33,870 nt of DNA from Actinomycetota bacterium (lineage in GTDB: Bacteria; Zhuqueibacterota; Zhuqueibacteria; Residuimicrobiales; Krinioviventaceae). This document shows, in pieces, positions 16,845 through 25,380 of the stretch. Location: assembly GCA_011682565.1 (NCBI GenBank), contig JAACEJ010000001.1:1-33870 (forward strand), written 5' to 3'. The notes beneath the pieces were generated by a model, which saw nothing but the letters and a program-made list of their open reading frames with translations, searched no databases and was not told the origin of the DNA. A program made the translations under genes and the position numbers. Position 1 is the stretch's first letter; every line of letters starts with the position of its first letter.

Positions 16845-17161
16845 GATTTATTTACTCCCTATAACCGTAAAACAGAATTGAGTTACTCGTAATTGAAATA
16901 ACTCAACTTGCAGATTCTTTCAAACACATGCTAAAAGGTAGTAAATATAACTCATCCGCGCAACATCGATATGAATTTTTTTCGTATTGCAAGATAAATT
17001 TACGAACTCTAATCGTAATGTCATTAGTGAAATTCACGGTTCGGTATCTCTATATTCTCAAATGCAATTTACTGCGCAGGAAAAGTGGCTGAAAATCGCG
17101 CAAAAAGCTTTATATTCAGATTGATAGTATGAATAAAATTCGCATTTGCCGTCACTTCGTA

Positions 17162-17177
17162 TGCAGGCAGGCCTGCA
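17162..17177 (+). promoter_or_regulatory. perfect inverted repeat TGCAGGC-ag-GCCTGCA
   Basis: Read directly, 8 nt upstream of the sigma-54-like -24 box. Possible operator. No functional evidence. Confidence 0.2.
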
Positions 17178-17184
17178 ATTGCCG

Positions 17185-17200
17185 TGGTATTATTCTTGCT
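17185..17200 (+). promoter_or_regulatory. sigma-54-like promoter candidate TGGTAT-tattc-TTGCT
   Basis: GG (17186-17187) and GC (17198-17199) are at canonical spacing and the -12 TTGCT is consensus. It sits ~80 nt upstream of the ATG at 17280. The -24 box is degenerate. Confidence 0.3.
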
Positions 17201-17279
17201 TAGTGCACCTGCTGTTTAACTAAAGCGTCACAACCGGAATTGTGGCGGAGAGTAGCATTTATATTTACAGGAGGTAACC

Positions 17280-20051
17280 ATGCAGAGGTTCAAATTTTTA
17301 CCAAGAACGCTCGTTCTGATGTTGTCTATTGTGCTTTTCATCGCACCGGCAACTTTTGCTGCTTCAAACAACGCAGAGCAGGCACAAGTTCAATTTAACA
17401 CAGGAGCCGCAATCGCGCTGCAGTTGTGGTACTCACAAAATCATCAGGCAGGCGTTCAAACCGAAGGAATGCGCATCACTTTGGCAGATGGTTCCGGCTC
17501 TATAGAAGGCGTTGTCAGCGGCGCTGAAGGCGGCATTGAAGGCGCGCAAGTTTTTTGCTGGACGATCGGAACACAAGGCATCGTCAGCAACTCAGCAACA
17601 ACGGATGCTTCCGGGTATTATAAAATTGAAAACCTGGACAGCGGCGAATATTATGTCATTGCTTCTGCCGGGGGCTATTATCCTTTGTTTTATGATAATG
17701 CAAAAAGCCCTATGGACGCCGGTATGGTTGACGTAACAGACGGAGAAACAACTTCCGACATAAACTTTACACTGAGCGCGTACAATAAGGGCAATGCATC
17801 AATTGCCGGAACAGTAACCGACAAAGCGGATAATTCACCTGTGGCAGGCACCTGGATTTTGGCATTCAGCATGAGTAATCCGTTCGCGTTCCAGAATTAT
17901 TTTGCGACTACCGACGAGAACGGCAACTATCAAATCAGCGGTCTGCCAGGCGGCACGTATTTTCTGCTCGCTTATGCCAATGGATATATCCCGGAGATTT
18001 ACGACAATGCAACTTCTCTGTTTTCGGCCAAACCCGTCGCTGTTGCACCGAATGCAGAAGTAACGGGTATCGACTTTGCTCTGAACAAAGGCGGCACCAT
18101 CTCCGGACACATTGCGGATGAGGATGGCGGAGGGATCGCCGGCGTAAAAGTAACGGCCATGTCTAACGACTCGGACTTTGGTAACGGCATGTCATTTCTC
18201 GCACCGATACTTCAAATCGCAGTAACGGACGCAGACGGCAATTACAAAATTAAAGGGCTGAAAGAAGGAGCCTATACGGTTTCCGCAATAATGCAGGCAG
18301 GCGCTTCAATGATGGTCAAATTTTACGATGATCAAACGGATCCGTCAAACGCAACTCCTGTTCAAGTGGCTGCCGGGCAAGACACGCCGAATATCGACTT
18401 TATATTTGCCATGCCGACCGGTGCCATCTCCGGCCACCTTATGGACGCTGAGGGTAATCCGTTGCAAGGCGTGCACATTAGTGTCGTGGGAAAAATGGAT
18501 TCCGTCTTTTACAACTTTGGACGGCTCTGGAATATCGGCCTTGTTACGACGGACGCTGAGGGATACTATGAAGTAAAAAACCTTGCCCCCGGCGATTACT
18601 ATGTCGGCGCCGTTATCTGGGATTGGTTTAATAGCAAGATTGTCTGGTATGACAACGTTAATTCTTTTGGCGAAGCCACTCCGGTTACAGTGGGTGATAA
18701 TGAAACGGTTACCGACATTGATTTCAATATGGACGTCGATAATGAATTTGGTTCCATATCGGGAAAGATTGTTTCCGACGATGACGGATCACCTGTTGCC
18801 TGGGCGTACGTGGAAGCTGTGCCGGTCAACGGTCGTTCCTGGGGTCCTTTTAAACGACCTCTTCCGTCTATGATTTCCTTCACCGATGCAGATGGGAATT
18901 ACACCCTCAAGCTGCTTCGCGACGGCGATTATTATGTATCGGTTCGCAAAAACGGCTACCGGGAATATTATGATGATGCAGCCGACAAAGACGCGGCCAC
19001 GCCGGTTACGGTCACCGGTGGCAAGGACACTCCGGATATTAATTTTTCCATTCCACCGTTTCCGGCAGAAGGCAGCAAAATTTCCGGTGTCGTTACGGAT
19101 GCTTCAACAGATAGTCCGATTGCCGGTGCCATAGTGACGATTTTCCCGACAATTCACCACCCGGAATTTAACGGCAATTTCAGAAACTGGGGCAGGATTT
19201 TTTACACGACAACAACAGATGAAAACGGCCAATATCTTCTCGGCGGAATTCCGGCGGGAACATACGTCGCCAGTTCCTGGGCCAGAGATTATATTGCCGA
19301 GTTTTATGATAACGGCACCACCCCCTTGGACGCTGAGGTCATCGAACTCGACGGTACGGAAGAAAAATCCGGCATCGACTTTTCTCTCGATCCGGGCTGG
19401 GGTTTTGATTTCAAAATGCCGACCGGCGGCAGTTCTCTCGGAACAATTTCCGGCATCGTTAAAAGCGACGACGGCATGAACATTGAAGGTGCTTATGTCT
19501 ATGCCATAGACACAGACAACAATGTCGTCGCTTCAGAGCGAAGCGGAGCCGACGGTTCTTATGCCATGGGCGGCATTGAAGAAGGCGACTATTACGTGCA
19601 GGCATCACGCTCTCCCTACAACACCGAGTATTATCCCGATGCATCGACCGAGTCCGGTGCTTCGACTGTAAGCGTGGGCACGTCCGATCAGTGGGATGTC
19701 CAGAGCGTGGACTTTATACTTTCGCCGACCGAAGTAACGGGTGTCGGCGGTGAAAAAACGGAAGCGCTGCCGCAAAAATATGAATTGTCGCAGAACTATC
19801 CCAACCCGTTCAATCCGACAACCACTATTCAATACGCATTGCCAACCGCATCGCAGGTTCGCCTGGATATTATCAACATTCAAGGTGAGGTTGTCAAAAC
19901 GCTGGTGAATGGACACCAGACGGCGAGCAGCTATAAAGTGGTTTGGGATGGTACGGATTCCAGGGGGCATCAAGTGACCTCGGGGCTGTACTTTTACAAA
20001 CTGCAGGCCGGTGATTTCACCCAAGTACGGCGAATGGTTTTTATGAAATAA
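17280..20051 (+). CDS. secreted/cell-surface protein: seven tandem carboxypeptidase-regulatory-like beta-sandwich repeats plus a T9SS (Por/FlgD-Ig-like) C-terminal sorting domain
   Basis: Signal peptide LMLSIVLFIAPATFA. Seven ~100-120-aa units, each with G-[ST]-I-[SE]-G...TD-x-x-G-x-Y...G-x-Y...Y-[DP]-[DN]...DF. C-terminal tail YELSQNYPNPFNPTTTIQYALP...GLYFYKLQAG. SD AGGAGG upstream. Confidence 0.85.
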   Translation: MQRFKFLPRTLVLMLSIVLFIAPATFAASNNAEQAQVQFNTGAAIALQLWYSQNHQAGVQTEGMRITLADGSGSIEGVVSGAEGGIEGAQVFCWTIGTQGIVSNSATTDASGYYKIENLDSGEYYVIASAGGYYPLFYDNAKSPMDAGMVDVTDGETTSDINFTLSAYNKGNASIAGTVTDKADNSPVAGTWILAFSMSNPFAFQNYFATTDENGNYQISGLPGGTYFLLAYANGYIPEIYDNATSLFSAKPVAVAPNAEVTGIDFALNKGGTISGHIADEDGGGIAGVKVTAMSNDSDFGNGMSFLAPILQIAVTDADGNYKIKGLKEGAYTVSAIMQAGASMMVKFYDDQTDPSNATPVQVAAGQDTPNIDFIFAMPTGAISGHLMDAEGNPLQGVHISVVGKMDSVFYNFGRLWNIGLVTTDAEGYYEVKNLAPGDYYVGAVIWDWFNSKIVWYDNVNSFGEATPVTVGDNETVTDIDFNMDVDNEFGSISGKIVSDDDGSPVAWAYVEAVPVNGRSWGPFKRPLPSMISFTDADGNYTLKLLRDGDYYVSVRKNGYREYYDDAADKDAATPVTVTGGKDTPDINFSIPPFPAEGSKISGVVTDASTDSPIAGAIVTIFPTIHHPEFNGNFRNWGRIFYTTTTDENGQYLLGGIPAGTYVASSWARDYIAEFYDNGTTPLDAEVIELDGTEEKSGIDFSLDPGWGFDFKMPTGGSSLGTISGIVKSDDGMNIEGAYVYAIDTDNNVVASERSGADGSYAMGGIEEGDYYVQASRSPYNTEYYPDASTESGASTVSVGTSDQWDVQSVDFILSPTEVTGVGGEKTEALPQKYELSQNYPNPFNPTTTIQYALPTASQVRLDIINIQGEVVKTLVNGHQTASSYKVVWDGTDSRGHQVTSGLYFYKLQAGDFTQVRRMVFMK

Positions 20052-20070
20052 TTCAAACTACCAATCTTGC

Positions 20071-20113
20071 AAAAAATCCTCCCGGGCTTTAAAAACCAGG
20101 GAGGATTTTTTTT
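20071..20113 (+). terminator. rho-independent terminator (AATCCTCCC/GGGAGGATT plus T8)
   Basis: 9-bp GC-rich stem (20075-20083 / 20099-20107) followed by TTTTTTTT, 20 nt after the stop codon. Confidence 0.8.
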
Positions 20114-20259
20114 GCCCGGTTTTCTTAAAAGAGCCAGAGATTTGTCAAGAACCGACGAACCTGATTTTATAGGAGAAACTTGACGACAATATTCTGCCAT
20201 GCCCAGCCTGTCCCTTTGGAGAACGCTTTTATCGGGCATCCATTTCATCGGCATTTAAT

Positions 20260-20289
20260 GGATTCCCGCTAAGAACATGCGGGAATGAC
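20260..20289. repeat. short REP-like palindromic element GGATTCCCGC-N9-GCGGGAATGAC
   Basis: 8-bp perfect arms ATTCCCGC/GCGGGAAT (20262-20269 / 20279-20286). It belongs to the 'cattcccgc...gcgggaat' palindrome class that I recall as a dispersed intergenic repeat in many uncultured bacteria. Confidence 0.45.
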
Positions 20290-20466
20290 AGTGCTATCAG
20301 GCTCAAAAAATCAAATTTCTTGAAAGCTTGCGATAAAAAAAGCCGCAAGATATTCCCGTACTTGTTGGCAGGAAAATCTTTTCCTTGCAATTAATCATAT
20401 TTTTTACTACTATTAAAACTTGAACTTTATAATGATATCTATAGTTCGTTTCAAGGAGGAATAAAA

Positions 20467-20691
20467 TTGAAAAAGGGAATTCATCCCAAATATACGCTCG
20501 GCGCGGTTACTTGTGCTTGCGGGAACAGTTTTCGAGTGCGTTCAACAATGGGCGATGTGAAACTGGAAATTTGTTCCGAATGTCATCCGTTCTTTACCGG
20601 CAAACAGAAATTGCTGGATACAGCAGGCCGCGTAGAGTTGTTCCGCAGGAAATACAGTAATTATAATAAAAAAGCTGTCAAGAATTCATAG
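20467..20691 (+). CDS. rpmE: 50S ribosomal protein L31, Zn-binding type A
   Basis: MKKGIHPKY start, CxC...CxxC (CAC, CSEC), [12 protein letters not shown] start with a strong SD AAGGAGGA 6 nt upstream. Confidence 0.95.
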   Translation: MKKGIHPKYTLGAVTCACGNSFRVRSTMGDVKLEICSECHPFFTGKQKLLDTAGRVELFRRKYSNYNKKAVKNS

Positions 20692-20707
20692 CGTTTTCAA
20701 AATTTAT

Positions 20708-20760
20708 AAAAACGGAATAATTTCTCCTTTTTTGATTAAAAGGAAGTATTCCGTTTTTTT
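20708..20760 (+). terminator. rho-independent terminator after rpmE
   Basis: Long imperfect hairpin AAAAACGGAATA...TATTCCGTTTTT ending in T7. Confidence 0.75.
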
Positions 20761-20808
20761 ATTTACCCTACTCCAAATTATCCTTAAAGTTTATGGAACA
20801 CGTGTAAT

Positions 20809-21741
20809 ATGGCAAACACTAAAGTAACCGTCGGTGGACAAGCCGTTATCGAGGGCGTGATGATGCGCGCCCCCGGGCGGGTTGCAGTTGCCGTGCGCAA
20901 GCCGAACGGAAATATTGTCGTCAAAAGTGCGCACTTTGAATCGATCACGAAGAAAATTAAGCTGCTCGGCTGGCCCTTTCTTCGCGGCGCTGTTGTGCTG
21001 ATCGAATCACTTATTCTGGGTGTGCGCGCTCTCAGCTTCTCCGGAGATATTGCTGTTCAGGAAGAAGATAACGATGATGGCAAAACAGAGTTGAAAGAGA
21101 AAAGCAAACTGGCGAAACTGTGGATGGGCATTACAGTCCTTTTTTCTTTTGTCCTGGGACTGGGTCTCTTTTTTTATGTACCGCTCATGCTGACGGGACT
21201 TTTCCATTTGCAATCCGGCATTGCTTTTAATCTGGTGGATGGAATTTTTCGTCTCACGATTTTTCTTGCTTATATTTATTTCATCACGCTTTGGAAAGAC
21301 ATTCGCAGAATTTTCGAGTACCACGGAGCGGAGCATAAAAGCGTGTTCACCTTTGAGGATATGAAAGAACTGAACGTTGATTCTGCCAAGCCTTATTCCA
21401 CACTTCATCCGCGCTGCGGCACAAGTTTTTTGTTGATTGTCATGCTCGTGAGTGTTCTTGTTTTTATGTTCCTGGGCAGGCCGGATAATATCGCAGAGAG
21501 ATTACTAAGATTGGCTTTTGTGCCGGTTATCGGCGGCATTTCTTACGAACTCATCAGGCTTTCGGACAAGGGCTATAAAAACAATTTCTTTAAAATTTTC
21601 ATTTTACCCGGACTGTGGCTGCAAAAACTAACAACCCGCGAACCGGATGAAAGCCAGCTCGAAGTGGCATTGGTAGCATTGAAAAGTGCTTTGGGTGAGG
21701 AACCCAAGGTTGGATTGTCGAAAGTTGAAGTTCTTCATTGA
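20809..21741 (+). CDS. DUF1385 (YqhQ-like) membrane protein
   Basis: GGQAVIEGVMMR, YHGAEHK, HPRCGTSFLL and several TM segments. It sits between rpmE and prfA. Confidence 0.85.
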   Translation: MANTKVTVGGQAVIEGVMMRAPGRVAVAVRKPNGNIVVKSAHFESITKKIKLLGWPFLRGAVVLIESLILGVRALSFSGDIAVQEEDNDDGKTELKEKSKLAKLWMGITVLFSFVLGLGLFFYVPLMLTGLFHLQSGIAFNLVDGIFRLTIFLAYIYFITLWKDIRRIFEYHGAEHKSVFTFEDMKELNVDSAKPYSTLHPRCGTSFLLIVMLVSVLVFMFLGRPDNIAERLLRLAFVPVIGGISYELIRLSDKGYKNNFFKIFILPGLWLQKLTTREPDESQLEVALVALKSALGEEPKVGLSKVEVLH

Positions 21742-21768
21742 TGAGTTGCTCGTAAAAAGTCCCAAAAT

Positions 21769-21867
21769 GTCATTGCGAGCGAAGCGAAGCAATCTGGATG
21801 TCGGCTAAGGTGCGGTTTTTTAAAGATTGCTTCCCCGATAATTCGGGGCTCCGCTCCTCGCGATGAC
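21769..21867. repeat. ~99-bp MITE/REP-like composite palindrome (GTCATTGCGAGCGAAGCGAAGCAATCT ... AGATTGCTTC[CCCGATAATTCGGGG]CTCCGCTCCTCGCGATGAC)
   Basis: Terminal inverted arms were read directly, and the right arm carries a nested hairpin CCCCGA-taat-TCGGGG. The minus-strand ORF 21735..21929 translates it as ...CFASLAMT..., typical of spurious repeat-derived ORFs. Confidence 0.6.
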
Positions 21868-21882
21868 ATGCTTTTCGGCTTT

Positions 21883-21899
21883 CCACGAATGACTCGTGG
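21883..21899. repeat. small hairpin CCACGA-atgac-TCGTGG adjacent to the palindromic element
   Basis: 6-bp perfect arms. It shares the (A/G)ATGAC string with the ends of the elements at 21769-21867 and 20260-20289. Confidence 0.3.
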
Positions 21900-22007
21900 A
21901 TGATTCGATTGAAAAACAACTTGCCACAAGTTTGGAAAAGCTGTCTTTTTGTTCCAAATATAGTGTTTTTGTAAACCCGCAGCAGGTTAGAATTTGAGGT
22001 TTTTTGA

Positions 22008-23075
22008 GTGTTAGATAAACTTTTAAAAATTGAACAACGCTACGCAGAGGTCGAGCAGCAACTGAGCGACCCCAATGTTATGAGCAATCCAAACAAGTAC
22101 CGCGAGTTGGCAAAAGAGGAAAGCGAACTTTGCGATGTTGTTAAAACCACTCGCCAGTACAAGAAGGTTCTGTCGGATATCCGAAGCGATAAAGAGGTTC
22201 TGCAGGAATCCGACGATACCGAGTTGCGGGAATTAGCTGAAATGGAAATGGCAGAGCTGCAGAAAAAGAAGATCGAAATTGAAGAAGAACTCAAACTTTT
22301 GCTCATTCCCAAAGATCCACAGGACAGCCGAAACGCCGTCGTAGAAATTCGTGCCGGTACCGGAGGAGACGAAGCCGGACTTTTCGCCGGAGATTTATAT
22401 CGCATGTACCAAAAGTTCGCGGAGAAAAACAATTGGAAACTGGAAGTTTTGAGTTCCAATACACAGGGCATTGGCGGCTTTCGTGAAATCATTTTTTTAT
22501 TATCCGGCAAACAAGTTTATGGCAAAATGAAATATGAAGCCGGTGTTCACCGCGTGCAACGGGTACCGACAACCGAGACCAGCGGTCGCATCCATACATC
22601 CGCTGCTTCGGTCGCCGTGTTGCCGGAAGCAGAAGATATCGATGTGGCAATCGCAGCAAACGATCTAAAAATCGACGTTTATCGTTCTTCCGGGCCCGGT
22701 GGACAGAGCGTTAACACAACGGATTCCGCTGTTCGCATTACCCACATTCCCACAGGGCTGGTCGTTACCTGTCAGGATGAAAAGTCTCAGCACAAAAACA
22801 GAGCCAAAGCACTTAAAGTTTTACGCGCACGCTTGTATGAAAAAGCACGTGAAGAAGAACAGGCTAAACTAACGGCGGAACGCCGCTCCATGGTCAGCAC
22901 CGGAGATCGAAGCGCAAAAATTCGCACGTATAATTTTCCCCAGGGGCGTATTACCGACCACCGCATTGGTCTGACACTTTATCGTCTGGAGGAAGCACTT
23001 CAGGGTGATATTGAAGAAATTATTGAGCAACTGCAAATTGCAGACAGAACTGAAAAACTTAAAAGCATGGACTGA
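22008..23075 (+). CDS. prfA: peptide chain release factor 1
   Basis: PxT-type tripeptide in [19 protein letters not shown] motif [22 protein letters not shown] start with SD GAGG 8 nt upstream. Confidence 0.95.
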   Translation: MLDKLLKIEQRYAEVEQQLSDPNVMSNPNKYRELAKEESELCDVVKTTRQYKKVLSDIRSDKEVLQESDDTELRELAEMEMAELQKKKIEIEEELKLLLIPKDPQDSRNAVVEIRAGTGGDEAGLFAGDLYRMYQKFAEKNNWKLEVLSSNTQGIGGFREIIFLLSGKQVYGKMKYEAGVHRVQRVPTTETSGRIHTSAASVAVLPEAEDIDVAIAANDLKIDVYRSSGPGGQSVNTTDSAVRITHIPTGLVVTCQDEKSQHKNRAKALKVLRARLYEKAREEEQAKLTAERRSMVSTGDRSAKIRTYNFPQGRITDHRIGLTLYRLEEALQGDIEEIIEQLQIADRTEKLKSMD

Positions 23076-23080
23076 ATTTT

Positions 23081-23986
23081 TTGTCAGCCGTTCAAAAAAG
23101 ACAGCAATGGAAGCTCATCGGCCTTTTAAACTGGACTGCTGATTATCTTGATCAAAAGGGGTTTGAAAACAGCCGCCTGGAAGCCGAAAGACTTTTGGCC
23201 CACTCGCTGCACATTCAACGTATCGATTTATACGTCAATTTTGAGCGCCCTCTTATTCCCGATGAACTTGCACAATTTAAATCCCTTTTAAAACGCCGAC
23301 TTGATCATGAGCCGTTGCAATATATTATCGGCGAAACCGAGTTTTTCTCTCTTCCGATCAAAGTCGCTCCCGGTGTACTCATCCCCCGCCCGGAGACAGA
23401 GGTTTTGGTTGAGAACGCCTTGCAGATCATTAAAGAAAATTTTTCGCAAGGGAAAGAAATCAATGTTTTGGATGTGGGTACAGGCTCGGGAAACATTGCC
23501 ATCGCGATAGCAAAAAATGCTGTATATGCCCGGCTTACTGCTGTCGACATTTCAGCGGATGCGCTAAAAATCGCCCGACAAAATGCCGAATTAAATAATG
23601 TTGCTGATAAAATAAACTTTTTACAGCACGACGCACTTGGCGATTGGCCTTTACATTTCACAAATTATTTTGATCTCATCCTCTCGAACCCCCCTTATAT
23701 TTCCGACGCAGAATTCGAAAATCTTCCGCAAGAGATTCGCGAGTTTGAACCACGCCAAGCCTTGCTCGGAGGAAAAGATGGAGTTGACTTTTATAATAAT
23801 TTTTGTCAAATTCTTTTAAAGTTACTCTGTACAGAAGGAAATGCACTTTTTGAAATCGGCGAAACAATGAGAGATGTTTTGCTAAAGAACTTTCTCAATT
23901 GCGGGTTTAGTAATATGGAAATGATTCAGGATTTATCAGGGAAAAACCGAGTATTGAAAATGCAAAAAGGAGGCGGAAATGAATGA
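23081..23986 (+). CDS. prmC: release factor glutamine N5-methyltransferase
   Basis: SAM-binding VLDVGTGSGNIAI, catalytic NPPY (LILSNPPYI) and PLQYIIGE. TTG start 5 nt after the prfA stop, with no clear SD, so the exact start is uncertain. Confidence 0.85.
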   Translation: MSAVQKRQQWKLIGLLNWTADYLDQKGFENSRLEAERLLAHSLHIQRIDLYVNFERPLIPDELAQFKSLLKRRLDHEPLQYIIGETEFFSLPIKVAPGVLIPRPETEVLVENALQIIKENFSQGKEINVLDVGTGSGNIAIAIAKNAVYARLTAVDISADALKIARQNAELNNVADKINFLQHDALGDWPLHFTNYFDLILSNPPYISDAEFENLPQEIREFEPRQALLGGKDGVDFYNNFCQILLKLLCTEGNALFEIGETMRDVLLKNFLNCGFSNMEMIQDLSGKNRVLKMQKGGGNE

Positions 23987-25358
23987 GGGGATTTTCAGGG
24001 AATACGACATTCGCGGTATTGTGGAAACGGATTTAACAGATGACGTCGTTCTGAATCTTGGAAAAGCATTTGGGACTTTGATGAAACGCCGGGGATATAA
24101 ATTGCTTGTCGTGGGATATGACCTTCGACTATCTTCCGAACATCTGAAAAATGTTTATGTGGATGGTCTTCTCTCAACCGGCATAGATGTCATCAACATC
24201 GGCGAAGTGACGACACCGACACTTTATTTTTCAATTGTCCATTTGAAAACAGACGGCGGGGTAATGATCACCGGCAGCCATAACCCGATAGAGTTTAACG
24301 GCTTTAAAATGTGCGAAGGGATCGCTTCGGTTTTCGGTAAAGATATACAGGAAATAAAACGGATCATTTTGGAAAGCGATTTTGTTGAGGCTGAAACAGG
24401 AAGCGTCAAAAATGTTGCGGTCATGTCGGATTACCTCGCCATGCTGAAAGGAAAATTTTCTTTCCCCAAAAAGCTAAAAGTTGTTATTGATGCAGGCAAC
24501 GCGACGGCCGGCCCCGTTGCGCCGCAATTATGGCGGGACCTGGGATTGGATGTCGTGGAGCTTTATTGCGAACCGGACGGTAATTTCCCCAATCATCTCC
24601 CCGATCCATCGGTGCCGAAATACATGAAGGATCTGCAAGAAAAAGTCCTGGAAGAAAAAGCAGATCTGGGTATCGGTTATGATGGCGATGCCGATCGCGT
24701 CGGCGCAATCGACGAGACCGGACGAATTATTTACGCCGATACTTTACTGGCATTATTCAGCAGCGATGTTTTGCAGAGAAAACCGGGCGGAGAAATTATT
24801 TTTGATGTCAAATGTTCGCAGGCATTACCCAAAGTTATTAGAAAATTTGGCGGCAAGCCGTTGATGTGGAAAACGGGTCATTCCCTTCTTAAGGCGAAGA
24901 TGAAAGAAACCGGGGCGCCCTTTGCCGGGGAAATGTCCGGGCACATGTTTTTTGCAGATGATTATTACGGCTTCGATGACGGTATGTATGCATCGGGACG
25001 TTTGATGCAAATCCTTGCCAACACGGATAAAAAGTTGTCCGAACTTGTGGATGAAATTCCCGCTTTTGAATCAACACCGGAAATTCGCGTTGAATGTGCA
25101 GATGATGCAAAATTTCAGATTGTTGCCGATCTTGTTGCTGCATTTCGCAAAGATTATAAAGTCATTGATATCGACGGTGCCAGAGTGGAATTTGGCGATG
25201 GCTGGGGGTTGGTCAGGGCTTCAAACACACAGCCGACCCTGGTTCTCAGGTTCGAGGCGAAAACCAGAGAACGGTTGGAAGAAATAATAAAAGTTTTTGT
25301 GCAAAAATTATCATTGTTTCCTGCCGTAAAATTTAGTGATAAAGATTTTCAAATTTAA
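23979..25358 (+). CDS. phosphomannomutase / phosphoglucomutase (alpha-D-phosphohexomutase family)
   Basis: Active-site TGSHNP, Mg site GYDGDADR, sugar loop GEMSGH. Overlaps prmC by 8 nt, with SD AAAGGAGG upstream. Confidence 0.9.
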   Translation: MNEGIFREYDIRGIVETDLTDDVVLNLGKAFGTLMKRRGYKLLVVGYDLRLSSEHLKNVYVDGLLSTGIDVINIGEVTTPTLYFSIVHLKTDGGVMITGSHNPIEFNGFKMCEGIASVFGKDIQEIKRIILESDFVEAETGSVKNVAVMSDYLAMLKGKFSFPKKLKVVIDAGNATAGPVAPQLWRDLGLDVVELYCEPDGNFPNHLPDPSVPKYMKDLQEKVLEEKADLGIGYDGDADRVGAIDETGRIIYADTLLALFSSDVLQRKPGGEIIFDVKCSQALPKVIRKFGGKPLMWKTGHSLLKAKMKETGAPFAGEMSGHMFFADDYYGFDDGMYASGRLMQILANTDKKLSELVDEIPAFESTPEIRVECADDAKFQIVADLVAAFRKDYKVIDIDGARVEFGDGWGLVRASNTQPTLVLRFEAKTRERLEEIIKVFVQKLSLFPAVKFSDKDFQI

Positions 25359-25380
25359 ATCAATTTAAAGGGAGAAAACC

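Noticed and set aside
17496-19721. Periodic repetition that might suggest a CRISPR array or tandem DNA repeat
   Set aside because: The periodicity is at protein-domain level (~300-360 nt units, diverged DNA) inside one continuous ORF. There are no short identical direct repeats with unique spacers anywhere in the window.
20142-20170. TTGTCA-N17-TTTTAT promoter-like string, possibly driving an sRNA or leader in the rpmE upstream gap
   Set aside because: The -10 hexamer is poor and there is no supporting structure or conservation evidence. It cannot be distinguished from chance in AT-rich intergenic DNA.
19994-20254. 86-aa minus-strand ORF downstream of the T9SS gene
   Set aside because: It crosses the strong terminator at 20071-20113 and overlaps the 3' end of the T9SS gene. 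It has no SD or motifs.
21735-21929. 64-aa minus-strand ORF in the DUF1385-prfA spacer
   Set aside because: It is a translation of the palindromic REP/MITE-like element (...CFASLAMT...), a classic repeat-derived spurious ORF.
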